From: Candidatus Cybelea sp.
Lineage (GTDB): Bacteria > Pseudomonadota > Alphaproteobacteria > Dongiales > Dongiaceae
Reading direction: 5' to 3'
Length of the DNA stretch: 64,000 bases
Assembly (NCBI GenBank): GCA_035542015.1
Contig: DATKMF010000136.1
Span: 89 to 64,088 of the forward strand
In this document: piece after piece, positions 1 to 9,092 of the stretch
Numbering within the stretch: the stretch's first letter is position 1
Layout: each line of letters begins with the position of its first letter
Position numbers and translations under genes: made by a program
Notes under the pieces: generated by a model
What the model saw: only the letters and a program-made list of their open reading frames with translations
Told to the model about the DNA's origin: nothing
Database searches by the model: none

Positions 1-54
1 ATCGCCGGCATGGACTGGCTCGCCCAGGGCATCGAAGGCACGCTGCCGAAGTAA
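1..54 (+). CDS. 3' end of a gene, probably a BMP-family ABC transporter substrate-binding protein (partial)
   Basis: Frame 1 reads IAGMDWLAQGIEGTLPK-stop, resembling the C-terminal M(N/D)WL..G(I/V)EG.LP of BMP proteins; only 17 codons visible. Confidence 0.45.
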   Translation: MAGMDWLAQGIEGTLPK

Positions 55-67
55 GGCGCTGCGGCTG

Positions 68-106
68 AGCGGGGCCGGCCGGATCATCGGTCCGATTGGC
101 CCCGCT
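68..106 (+). terminator. GC-rich hairpin after the upstream gene
   Basis: AGCGGGGCC (68-76) pairs with GGCCCCGCT (98-106); no U-tract. Confidence 0.35.
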
Positions 107-220
107 GCCCGCGTGAGGCGCATTCAAGATTGGCTGAACGACAGGGGTCCCAAGAGCCAGCTCCGCTGACTTTGGTTCCCCGCGCGTGGTACGATCACAA
201 CGAGAAGAACGCGATGGAGC

Positions 221-260
221 CACTCCGCCCCAAGTTGGGGCGGTAAGGTGGGGTTGATGG
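221..260. repeat. Left inverted repeat (REP-like, internally palindromic) of the DUF559 gene
   Basis: Its reverse complement CCATCAACCCCAC-CTTAC-CGCCCCAACTTGGGGCG matches 678-714 with two 1-nt gaps. Confidence 0.85.
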
Positions 261-275
261 GCGAGCCAAACTCCG

Positions 276-650
276 ATGCGACCTGAATATCCGGTCGTCC
301 GACGCAACGTTGCACGCACGGTGAAGCTGGCAAAGAAGCTGCGGCGCGAAATGACCAATGCGGAGCGAGCTCTTTGGTATCGGATCAATCGTGAGCAGAT
401 CGAGGGCTACAAATTCCGCAGGCAGGTGCCGATCGGGCAGTATGTCGCGGATTTCGCATGCCTGTCCGAAATGCTCGCAATCGAGGTGGATGGTGGGCAG
501 CACAACGAGCGCAAGGCGCAGGATGAGGCGCGGACGCTGGCGCTCGGCATCCATGGCTATCGTGTGCTGCGGTTTTGGAACAACGAAGTGCTTCGGAATA
601 TGGATGGCGTCCTTGAGGTCATTCGGCGGACTTTGCTGAAGCAACCATGA
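276..650 (+). CDS. DUF559 / Vsr-like endonuclease domain protein
   Basis: Motifs LRREMT.AE..LW, KFRRQVPIG.Y.ADF, IEVDGGQH, VLRFWNNEV. Confidence 0.9.
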   Translation: MRPEYPVVRRNVARTVKLAKKLRREMTNAERALWYRINREQIEGYKFRRQVPIGQYVADFACLSEMLAIEVDGGQHNERKAQDEARTLALGIHGYRVLRFWNNEVLRNMDGVLEVIRRTLLKQP

Positions 651-677
651 TTTCCTTCGGGCGGCGGAGTAGCGGAA

Positions 678-730
678 CCATCAACCCCACTCTTACTCGC
701 CCCAACTTGGGGCGAGGAGAAGGGTGAGGG
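678..730. repeat. Right inverted repeat (REP-like) of the DUF559 gene
   Basis: CCATCAACCCCACTCTTACTCGCCCCAACTTGGGGCGAGGAGAAGGGTGAGGG; internal stem TCGCCCCAA/TTGGGGCGA. Confidence 0.85.
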
Positions 731-751
731 CCTGCTCTGCCGTCGCATGTT

Positions 752-1276
752 TCAATCGCCGCTCTTGGCGTAGCCGGCAAAGTGCGAGATGTCGTAGCAC
801 AGGACCTTCCGGCCTGCCGCTGTGTCGAAGACGGCGTAGAGCAGATAGGTCCCGGCCGGGCTGCGAAACAGATAACCTTTGGTATTGCGCCGATCCGGCA
901 CACGGTTTCTAAAGTCCAACATCACGGCGATCAATTCGAACTGGTAGAGGGGTTTCTTGAACACGAACGGGTCTTCGAGGCTCGATCCGCTACCGCCGTC
1001 TGGAGGAAGCGCGTCGACGGGCTTCGGTTCGACCACCTGAAAAACAAACGCGACGGCGAATTTGCGGCAGAGCTTCTGCGCGATGGTCCAGTCATCGATG
1101 GAATCCGGATATACGGCAATGTCCAAATGCTGCGTGTCTGTTTCGTCGACGCTGCAAACCATCGTGTATCCGGGCGGTGTCTTTGTGACGTCGGAGGCGG
1201 CATAGCTGTCGCGCAGCGGATGCAGGTTCATGGCCAGCAGCAGGCACAGCCCAACGCCGCGCACGATCGCGATCAT
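752..1276 (-). CDS. Hypothetical exported protein
   Basis: 174-aa ORF with signal-peptide-like N-terminus; no recognised family. Confidence 0.55.
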   Translation of the reverse strand: MIAIVRGVGLCLLLAMNLHPLRDSYAASDVTKTPPGYTMVCSVDETDTQHLDIAVYPDSIDDWTIAQKLCRKFAVAFVFQVVEPKPVDALPPDGGSGSSLEDPFVFKKPLYQFELIAVMLDFRNRVPDRRNTKGYLFRSPAGTYLLYAVFDTAAGRKVLCYDISHFAGYAKSGD

Positions 1277-1398
1277 ATCCCCACCCTGTCATAAAACTCC
1301 TGCTTGGACTGAGGAGCACGGTACCGGAAATGGGAGGCTATCGCCAGATTCCGGTCGCGCGCCGATTGCCGGGCTGCTCTCGCGAGAGCGACTAAAGA

Positions 1399-3357
1399 TC
1401 AAATCTCTTTCAGCAACTCGCCCATCGCCTGTTGTTGGCTCGGCTCCGGCTCGGCCGGCCTGAACGTCGCGCTTCTGATCCGCGCGACGTCCGGGCCGGC
1501 GGCGCGGCGGAGGGCGACGGAGAGCTCGTCGGGGGAGAAGGGTTTGGAGAGATAGTGGTTCATGCCGGCGGCGCGGTAGCTCTTCTCGTCGCCGGGCATG
1601 GCGTTGGCGGTCAGGGCGACGATCGGGATATCGCGGTACTTGCCGCCGAGGGCGCGGATGGCGCGGGTCGCCGTGGGGCCGTCCATGACCGGCATCTGAA
1701 CGTCCATCAGGACGAGATCGAAAGCCTCGCGCTGCACCGCCTCCAGCGCCTCTTGGCCGTCATGTGCGAGGACGAAGCCGTGGCCGCCGAGCTCCAGCAT
1801 GGCGCAGACCACGCGCTGGTTGACCGGGTTGTCCTCGGCCACCAGCACCTTCACCTTCCGCGTGCCGAGATCGCCGAGCAGCGCCTCGGTGTCGATCTCC
1901 TCCGTCGGCACCTCTGCCGGCTCGGCTACGCGGCATTGCACTCTCAGCCAGAAGGTGGCGCCCGCACCCGGGGCACTCTCGACCCCGACCGTGCCGTTCA
2001 TCAGCTGGATCAGCTCCTTGGAGATCGCGAGACCGAGCCCGGTGCTGCCCGGCTTCCGCGCCGCCAGCTCCGCCTGGCTGAACTTCTGAAAGAGGCGCTT
2101 CTGCGCCTCGGGCGCGATGCCGACGCCGGTGTCCTTGACCGCGATCGTGATCTCGTGAAGCTCGTCGCCGACCGGCTTCGCCTCGGCCGAGACCGTGACG
2201 CCACCCCGATCGGTGAACTTCATCGCGTTGCTGAGATAGTTGGCGACCACCTGGCCGAGGCGGTTGCCGTCGCCGAGCAGCAGCGGCGGCACGCTCGGCG
2301 CCACGGAGACCGTCAGCGCGAGATTGCGCGAGAGCGCCATCGGCTGCCACAGCGTCGCCATGTTGCCGAGCAGCTCGCGCGGCGAGAAGGGCGCGATGTG
2401 GAGATCGACGCGCCCGGCCTCGATCTTCGCCAAGTCGAGGATGTCGTTCAGCAGCGAGAGCAGGCTTTGCGCCGAGCGCTCCAATGTCCCGAGCTTGGTG
2501 CGCTGGTCGGGATCGAGCTTCGATTCCGCCAGGAGATGCAGCATGCCGAGGATGCCGTTCAAGGGCGTGCGGATCTCATGGCTCATCGCCGCCAGGAAAT
2601 CCGATTTCACCCGGTTGGCAGCCTCGGCCGCGTCGCGGGCGCGGCTCAGGTCGCGGTTGAGGCGATCCAGTTCCTCGCTGTGGCGCTTCAGCGCGAGCTC
2701 TGCGGCAAGTCGGCGGCTGGCATGCTCGCGGAACACCTCGAGGGCCCGCGCCATGGCGCCGACCTCGTCGTTGCGGTCGCGATAGGGCACGTTGTGCTCG
2801 AGATCGCCGGCGGCGAAGCTGCGCATCAGCGGCGTGATCCGCTCCAGCGGCCGGATCACCAGATGCAGCGCAATGAGGGTGAGGACCAGCAGCGCCGTTC
2901 CCATGATCGCCGCGGTGGTGATGAGGCGGGTCAGATGCGCTGCGCGCTCGGCCCGGAGGATGCCGTCCGAAAGCTCGATCGTGATGGTGCCGATCAGGTT
3001 GTCGTCGTTGCGGATCTCGGCCGATGCCGTCACCGCGGCGGGCCGGCTGTCGACGCCGAGCGCTATGAACTCGTGCCCTTCAGGCTCGACGATCCGCGCG
3101 CGCTCGAACTCGGGCAACTGGGTTTGCAGGGCCTTGAGCTGGGCCCGCGTCGCCTCCTTGTCGTATTCCCAAACCGAGCCGGAGACGGCGCCGGCATAGA
3201 GGTCGGCCAACAATCGCGCCCGCTGCTGCAATGAAGCCGTGGCCTCGGCGACGAACAGCCGGTCTTCGACCAGCACATAGATCGACTGGATGGCAAGAAA
3301 AAGGACGGCGAGCGCAATGACCGCCTTCGCCTTCAAGCCCACAGAGACTCGGGTCAC
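1399..3357 (-). CDS. Membrane hybrid sensor histidine kinase (2 TM, HAMP, HisKA, HATPase, REC)
   Basis: H-box MSHEIRTP, N-box NAMKF, DTGVGI, GLGLAIS, receiver EDN...DVQMP...K. Confidence 0.95.
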   Translation of the reverse strand: MTRVSVGLKAKAVIALAVLFLAIQSIYVLVEDRLFVAEATASLQQRARLLADLYAGAVSGSVWEYDKEATRAQLKALQTQLPEFERARIVEPEGHEFIALGVDSRPAAVTASAEIRNDDNLIGTITIELSDGILRAERAAHLTRLITTAAIMGTALLVLTLIALHLVIRPLERITPLMRSFAAGDLEHNVPYRDRNDEVGAMARALEVFREHASRRLAAELALKRHSEELDRLNRDLSRARDAAEAANRVKSDFLAAMSHEIRTPLNGILGMLHLLAESKLDPDQRTKLGTLERSAQSLLSLLNDILDLAKIEAGRVDLHIAPFSPRELLGNMATLWQPMALSRNLALTVSVAPSVPPLLLGDGNRLGQVVANYLSNAMKFTDRGGVTVSAEAKPVGDELHEITIAVKDTGVGIAPEAQKRLFQKFSQAELAARKPGSTGLGLAISKELIQLMNGTVGVESAPGAGATFWLRVQCRVAEPAEVPTEEIDTEALLGDLGTRKVKVLVAEDNPVNQRVVCAMLELGGHGFVLAHDGQEALEAVQREAFDLVLMDVQMPVMDGPTATRAIRALGGKYRDIPIVALTANAMPGDEKSYRAAGMNHYLSKPFSPDELSVALRRAAGPDVARIRSATFRPAEPEPSQQQAMGELLKEI

Positions 3358-3398
3358 GTTGCGGGCGCCTCTTGCGGCATCAGGCTAGGCGGCAACGC

Positions 3399-4169
3399 TC
3401 AGGCTTCTGAGGAGATCGCTTCCGCGATCGACGTGTCGGAGGCCGCGCGTCGGAGGAACTGTGCCACCGGGCGGGCCGCCGGTGCTTCCGGCGGCTCCGG
3501 CACGATCTCCTCGGAACTGCCGCGGCCGAGGCTGGTGAGTTCGATCAGTGCCTCGCCGATCTCCGCGGCGTCGATTTCTGGAGCGCCCGTGGTGGGCTTC
3601 GGCGCCGCGGGTGCTGCTGGCTCGGGCGTTGCGGGTTTGAGGGGCACGCGTCCTTCGATGGGCTGGCTCGGCACCAGGACGGGCCGCGTGGGCGCCGTCG
3701 GCTGGGGCATTGGTGCCGTCTCCATGGGCGCGGGCGCTGCGACGCGCGGCCGCGCGGAGGCGGTCTCGGTCAGGAGGTGGCGCACGCCGCGCTCCAGGCG
3801 GACCATCGCCTCGCGCAGCGGCGTCGTGCTGCGGCCCTCGACCAGCTCCAGGAGGGTCATCACCATGCCGCGAAGCTGCTCGTTCTGCAGCTCGAGCCGC
3901 GCGATGTCCGTGTCCTTGCCGGCGAGGTCGAGCTCATGGCGGGAGATGGTGTTGCGCGCGTCGTCGAGCTCGGTCTCCAGCGAGGCCGACTTGATGCGCG
4001 CGGCCTGCAGGTCGGCGCTCTGGCGCGAGAGGGCGCCCTCGACGATGCGCACCAGGTCGTCGAGCCGGAGCCCGTATTTGCGCTGATCCGCCTCGACGCC
4101 GCCGAGGCGGTCCTTGGCGGCTTCGACCCGCGATTGCAGTTGAGCCAGATCGTCGGCCCGATCGTTCAT
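3399..4169 (-). CDS. Hypothetical protein: N-terminal coiled coil, Pro/Ala-rich tail
   Basis: Heptad-rich first ~130 aa; GAGGA SD before ATG 4169. Confidence 0.75.
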   Translation of the reverse strand: MNDRADDLAQLQSRVEAAKDRLGGVEADQRKYGLRLDDLVRIVEGALSRQSADLQAARIKSASLETELDDARNTISRHELDLAGKDTDIARLELQNEQLRGMVMTLLELVEGRSTTPLREAMVRLERGVRHLLTETASARPRVAAPAPMETAPMPQPTAPTRPVLVPSQPIEGRVPLKPATPEPAAPAAPKPTTGAPEIDAAEIGEALIELTSLGRGSSEEIVPEPPEAPAARPVAQFLRRAASDTSIAEAISSEA

Positions 4170-4239
4170 GGCGATCCTCGTCCCAGATCCCATCCTGGCC
4201 CAGGGGGACCAATCATGCGAGACCCTAGCCCGGTCTTGG

Positions 4240-4254
4240 TTAATGGCCGGTTAA
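4240..4254 (-). promoter_or_regulatory. CtrA box upstream of the coiled-coil/kinase pair
   Basis: TTAA-TGGCCGG-TTAA, perfect TTAA-N7-TTAA in an intergenic region. Confidence 0.75.
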
Positions 4255-4290
4255 GGCTGGGGCGGGCCCACCGCCCTGTCAAGCCGCGCC

Positions 4291-5895
4291 TCAGAACCCG
4301 AGGGCGCAGCCGTCCTTGCGGGAGTCGGAGCCGGCCAGCAGCACGCCGCGCTTCCAGTCGATGGCGATTGCCTGGCCGCCGCCCATCGGCAGGTCGGGCC
4401 GCAGCACCTTGTGGCCGCGGTCGGAGAGGGCGAGGAACAGCGGCTCCGGGATGCCGGTCTCCACGCCGACGATGCCGTCCTCGTGATGCACCCTCGGGCA
4501 GTCGATCGCCGCCTGGGGGTCCATGCCGAAGTCGAGCAGGTTGGTGAGGATGTGGACCTGGCCCATGGGTTGATAATCGCCGCCCATCACGCCGAAGGAG
4601 AGCACGACCCGTCCCTCGCCGGTCACCATGGCGGGGATGATCGTATGCATCGAGCGCTTCGACGGGCCGATGCAGTTCGGATGGTTGGGCTCGACCCGGA
4701 AACAGGCGCCGCGGTTCTGCAGCAGCATGCCGGAGCGCTCGGTCGCCCGCGCGCTGCCGAACTGGTAATAGAGCGAGTTGATGAAGCTGACCGCGTTGCG
4801 ATCGCGATCGACCACGGTCAGATAGACCGTGTCGGGATGCGTCTCCAGCACCCGCGCCCGCGGCGCCCGCATCGCGCGATCGGGATCGATCTCGCGTGCC
4901 AGCGCCTTGGCGTGCTCCTGGGACAGGAGCGCCTCGACCGGGACCTTGGCGTGATCGGGATCGGCGATATGCCGATCGCGCGCCGCATAGGCAAGCTTCG
5001 CCGCTTCGATCTCGAGATGCAGCCGTTCCGGCGAGAGCGGCGCCGGCCCGACCGAGGGGAATTGCGAGAGGATGTTCAGCATCAGGAGCGCGGTCAGCCC
5101 CTGGCCGGGCGGCGGGCATTCCCAGACGTCGAGCCCGCGATAGCTGGTCTTGATCGGCAGCGCGTACTCGCCGCGATGCGCGGCGAGGTCCTCCAGCGTG
5201 ATCAGACTGCCCTCGGCCTTCAAGGTGCGGACGATGTCCTCGGCGACCCAGTCTTCGTAGAAGCCGGCCTTGCCCTTCCACAAGATCTCGCGCAGCGCCT
5301 TGGCGAGATTGGGCAGCTGCATCCGGTCGCCGACCTGCGGCGGCTTCCCGTTCTTGAGATAGAGCCGCGCGCTGGTCGGATGGCGCGCGAGGCGCGGCGC
5401 GCCGAGCTGCCAGTCGAAGGCGACCCGCGGCGTCACGCCGAATCCCTGCTCGGCGTAGTGGATCGCCGGCTGCAACAGCCGGTCGATGCCGAGCCGGCCA
5501 TGGTCCTCGGCCAGGCGGCACCAGGCCTCGACCGCCCCGGGCACCGTCACCGCATGGATGCTGTCCGGATCGATCGTCTGGATGCCGCGCTTCAGGAACC
5601 AGTTGGGATCGGCGGCGGCACCCGCGCGGCCGGCGCCGTTATAGGCCATCACCCGGTCGCTGCCGGCGACCGACATCAGGACGAAGCAGTCGCCGCCGAT
5701 GCCGGTCGATTCCGGCTCGACCACCGCGAGCACCGCGGCGGCGCAGATCGCGGCGTCGATCGCGGTGCCCCCGGCCCGGAGGGTCTCGATCGCGGCGAGG
5801 GTCGCCAGCGGATGGGAGGTGGCGGCGGCGGCCTCGCCGGCGACCACCACCGAACGGCCGCCCGCCTGGAAATCCCTGCCCCGCCAATCGCCCAT
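4291..5895 (-). CDS. ggt: Gamma-glutamyltransferase
   Basis: GIGGDCF, VTVPG, autocleavage Thr in DTVYLTVVD, SLYYQFGS, HTIIP, DSRKDG. Confidence 0.95.
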   Translation of the reverse strand: MGDWRGRDFQAGGRSVVVAGEAAAATSHPLATLAAIETLRAGGTAIDAAICAAAVLAVVEPESTGIGGDCFVLMSVAGSDRVMAYNGAGRAGAAADPNWFLKRGIQTIDPDSIHAVTVPGAVEAWCRLAEDHGRLGIDRLLQPAIHYAEQGFGVTPRVAFDWQLGAPRLARHPTSARLYLKNGKPPQVGDRMQLPNLAKALREILWKGKAGFYEDWVAEDIVRTLKAEGSLITLEDLAAHRGEYALPIKTSYRGLDVWECPPPGQGLTALLMLNILSQFPSVGPAPLSPERLHLEIEAAKLAYAARDRHIADPDHAKVPVEALLSQEHAKALAREIDPDRAMRAPRARVLETHPDTVYLTVVDRDRNAVSFINSLYYQFGSARATERSGMLLQNRGACFRVEPNHPNCIGPSKRSMHTIIPAMVTGEGRVVLSFGVMGGDYQPMGQVHILTNLLDFGMDPQAAIDCPRVHHEDGIVGVETGIPEPLFLALSDRGHKVLRPDLPMGGGQAIAIDWKRGVLLAGSDSRKDGCALGF

Positions 5896-6025
5896 GCGTC
5901 CACCCTATGGCGTCATCGATAGCCGGCCGATATCACCGCGCGCAAGCACGAAGCGCGTGATCGGGGTGCGGAAGCGAATTCGGCGGGGCAACGGTCCCAG
6001 CCGTCGCGAACAAACGTCCCGAGAA

Positions 6026-6112
6026 GTCATGCCGGGACTTGGTCCCGGCATCCACGCTTTCCATCGTGCGGCATCCAAGGCGCGAATCCCGGTGCCTGGC
6101 GCCGGGATGACG
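6026..6112. repeat. Inverted doublet of (C)GTCAT-tagged palindromic REP-like repeats
   Basis: GTCATGCCGGGACTTGGTCCCGGCATCCACG ... CGCGAATCCCGGTGCCTGGCGCCGGGATGACG. Confidence 0.8.
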
Positions 6113-6164
6113 AGTGAACGGTCAACAGAATGGGTTGAACCAGCAGGATCCGTCGCGCGACGAA

Positions 6165-6755
6165 CTACCAGTAGCGGACGCGGCCGGTATCGACGTGGAC
6201 GAAGTCCGACTGCGGATACATGCCGACGCCGCCGCGCTTCATGGCGACGGCGTTGCTGTGGAGGTCGCTGAGGTTGACATCGGCCAGGCGGATGTCGATC
6301 GCCTTGCCCTCGATATGCATGCTGTGGGTCGCGACCCCGTTGCTTTCGGCGGCGAGCGTCGCGTTGGTCTTCGGGCTGCGATATCCGGAGATCACCTGGA
6401 ACGGCTGCCGGCTGCCGGTGCGGCGATGGAGGTCGGTCAAAAGGTCCAGCAGGTTGACGTCGATCGGATGGACGTCGCCGGTGCGGAAGTCGCGCAACAC
6501 GAAGTTGATCTCGGTGAGCGCGCCGTGGTCGAACGCGCTGCCCCGCCAATAGGTGGCCTTCAGGCTCTCGTTGGTGTGGGTGTTGAAGAAGGCGAGGGTG
6601 CGGTCACCCGGCGGGAGAGCGGCAAAGGCCGATCCGGGAACGAGGCCGGCTGCCGCCGCAGCGAGGCCGGTGCGCAGCAAGGCGCGGCGGCCGATCAGCC
6701 GTTTGGAATTGGTGTTTTCGTTCGGAATTGGCCCCCACGGCCTTTTCAACGTCAT
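6165..6755 (-). CDS. Tat-exported YcbK/MepK-like (DUF882, peptidase M15) endopeptidase
   Basis: GRRALL Tat signal; NTHT.E, SGYRSP.TN, SMH..GKAID, FVHVDTGRVRYW; true gene is the last 196 aa of the 771-aa ORF. Confidence 0.9.
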   Translation of the reverse strand: MTLKRPWGPIPNENTNSKRLIGRRALLRTGLAAAAAGLVPGSAFAALPPGDRTLAFFNTHTNESLKATYWRGSAFDHGALTEINFVLRDFRTGDVHPIDVNLLDLLTDLHRRTGSRQPFQVISGYRSPKTNATLAAESNGVATHSMHIEGKAIDIRLADVNLSDLHSNAVAMKRGGVGMYPQSDFVHVDTGRVRYW

Positions 6756-6962
6756 CACGTACTTTCTTTTGATTGAGGTTCGAATCGAAAATTGCCACAG
6801 ATGTCCTTGTCTGGCAAAGCAAATTTGCCCTTGACAAGGATCAATCCAGGCTTCCCGAAGCGCGGCACCGAATGCGTCGACCCGGACCGCGCGGGCTCTT
6901 GACCATAGCGGGTCGATCCGGGCAAATCCCGCGGCAGATTCCCGCATATCCGAGGGCTCATC

Positions 6963-8990
6963 GTGCCGATCCTGCTCGGCCTGGATACCGGCGGCACCTA
7001 TACCGATGCCGTCCTTTTCGACCCGGCGCCAGGGTTGAAGGGTGGCGTGCTCGCCTCCGCGAAGGCGCTGACCACCAAGCACGATCTCTCGATCGGGCTC
7101 AAAGGCGCCATGGAGCGGGTGCTGGCCCACATGCCCGGTGGCATGGCGCCGGCCGACATCGCCCTGGTTTCGATCTCGACCACCCTCGCCACCAACGCCA
7201 TCGTCGAGAGCCATGGCGCGCCGATCTGCCTGATCCTGATCGGCTATGACGCGAAGGCGCTGGAACGCGCCAACCTCAAACAGGCGCTCGGCAGCGACCC
7301 CGTGGTCTTCATCGAGGGCGGCCACAAGCCGAGCGGCGACGAGCAGGCGGGGCTCGACCTGGCTGCGGCCAGGAAGGCCATCCTCCAATATTCGTCCAAG
7401 GTCGCGGCCTTCGCGGTCAGCGGCTATTTCTCGGTGCGCAATCCCGCCCATGAGCTGGCGCTGCGCGATCTCATCCGCGAATTGACCGATCGCCCGGTCT
7501 CCTGCGGGCACGAGCTCACCTCCAAGCTTGACGCCCCGCGCCGCGCGCTCACCTGCGCCTTGAACGCGCGGTTGATCCCGCAGCTGCAGCAGCTGATCCG
7601 CGCCGTCGCCGGGCTGATGGCGGAGCAGGGGATCGGCGCGCCGCTGATGGTGGTGAAGGGCGACGGCTCGCTGATGGACCAGTCGGTGGCGCTCGCCTGT
7701 CCGGTCGAGACCATCCTCTCCGGCCCCGCTGCCAGCCTGGTCGGCGCACGCCATCTTTCCGGCGAGGAGACGGTGATCGTCTCCGACATGGGCGGCACCA
7801 CGACCGACATCGCCATGCTGAAGAACGGCCGCCCCGTCCTCAACAAGGAGGGCGCCACCGTCGGCGGCTGGAAGACCATGGTGGAGGCGGTCGCCGTCCA
7901 CACCTACGGCATAGGCGGGGACAGCGAGGTCCGCATCGACGAGCATCACGGCTTCATGGTCGGCCCGCGCCGCGTGGTGCCGGTGAGCCTGCTGGCGATG
8001 CAATATCCGGCAGTGCTCAACATGCTGCGCGAGCAGGACGCGAGCGACGAGATGATGCCGTATCGCGGGCAGTTTGCGCTGCGCCAGCGACCGCTCGACA
8101 CCGGCGCCGGTGGCCTCAGCGCCGGGCAGCAGCAGGTCTGGGACCGTCTCGCCGATGGACCGGTAGCGCTCGCCGACATGGTCGTCGGGCCGGCGGTTGC
8201 GCGGAATCTCGCCCGGCTGGTCGATCGCGGTCTGGCGGTGATCGCGAGTCTCGCACCCAGCGACGCCGCCCATGTGCTCGGGATGCAATCCGGCTGGAAC
8301 CGCGAGGCGGCCGAGCTCGGCGCGCGTCTCTTTCTCCGCCGTCCGCCGCAAGCCGGCTGGCATCCGCCAGCCGATGCCGAAGCGCTCTGCCGCGCGGTGA
8401 TCGAACGGGTGGTCGTGCAGTCCGGCCGTGTCCTGCTCGATGCGGTGATCAACGACCAGGCGCATATCAACGACCACCACTGGGGCGTGCTCGGGCGCTA
8501 CCTGATCGAGCGCTCGCTCGCTCCCGCCGGCTCAAGTCATGAGACCGATCTCTTCGATGCGGCGCTGTCGCTGAAGCACCCCTTGCTTGCGATCGGCGCG
8601 CCGGTGGGAAGCTATTATCCGGAGATCGCGCGGCGGTTGCGCACCCGGCTGGTGATCCCGCCTTTCGCCGAGGTCTCCAATGCCGTCGGGGCCGTCGCCG
8701 GCGGCATCATGCAGCGGGTCACGGTCACCGTGACCTCACCGGCCGACGGCATCTTTCGCACCCATCTTGCCAGCGGCATCAAGGACTTCGTGGACCTGGA
8801 AGCCGCCTGCACGGCCGCCCGCCTCTGGGCGACCGAAACGGCGGAAGCCCAGGCCAAGGCGGCGGGGGCGGTCGAGATTGAACTTTTCCATGAGCGTGAC
8901 GACAAAGTCTTCGAACAGCCGGGGGGCATGCGGATCTTCATGGAATCCACCATCGCCGCCACGGCGTTCGGCCGCCCGGGCCTGGCCTAG
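6963..8990 (+). CDS. Hydantoinase/oxoprolinase family protein (A-type)
   Basis: GLDTGGTYTD, STTLATN, ETILSGPAAS, DMGGTTTD, NAVGA. Confidence 0.9.
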   Translation: MPILLGLDTGGTYTDAVLFDPAPGLKGGVLASAKALTTKHDLSIGLKGAMERVLAHMPGGMAPADIALVSISTTLATNAIVESHGAPICLILIGYDAKALERANLKQALGSDPVVFIEGGHKPSGDEQAGLDLAAARKAILQYSSKVAAFAVSGYFSVRNPAHELALRDLIRELTDRPVSCGHELTSKLDAPRRALTCALNARLIPQLQQLIRAVAGLMAEQGIGAPLMVVKGDGSLMDQSVALACPVETILSGPAASLVGARHLSGEETVIVSDMGGTTTDIAMLKNGRPVLNKEGATVGGWKTMVEAVAVHTYGIGGDSEVRIDEHHGFMVGPRRVVPVSLLAMQYPAVLNMLREQDASDEMMPYRGQFALRQRPLDTGAGGLSAGQQQVWDRLADGPVALADMVVGPAVARNLARLVDRGLAVIASLAPSDAAHVLGMQSGWNREAAELGARLFLRRPPQAGWHPPADAEALCRAVIERVVVQSGRVLLDAVINDQAHINDHHWGVLGRYLIERSLAPAGSSHETDLFDAALSLKHPLLAIGAPVGSYYPEIARRLRTRLVIPPFAEVSNAVGAVAGGIMQRVTVTVTSPADGIFRTHLASGIKDFVDLEAACTAARLWATETAEAQAKAAGAVEIELFHERDDKVFEQPGGMRIFMESTIAATAFGRPGLA

Positions 8991-9092
8991 CCTGATCTCT
9001 CCGATCTGAGACCGGGATCACACGCCCCGCTCATGACAGGGGACGGCCGCTTTGCTAAGGTCCGGCCGCAGCCCCAGACCGACTGGTGACTT

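Noticed and set aside
221-730. Classical IS element call for the DUF559 unit
   Set aside because: No DDE or HUH transposase motifs and no target-site duplication visible.
6165-8480. 771-aa ORF suggesting a large YcbK fusion
   Set aside because: The upstream part is the antisense shadow of the hydantoinase gene; the Tat signal marks the real start near 6755.
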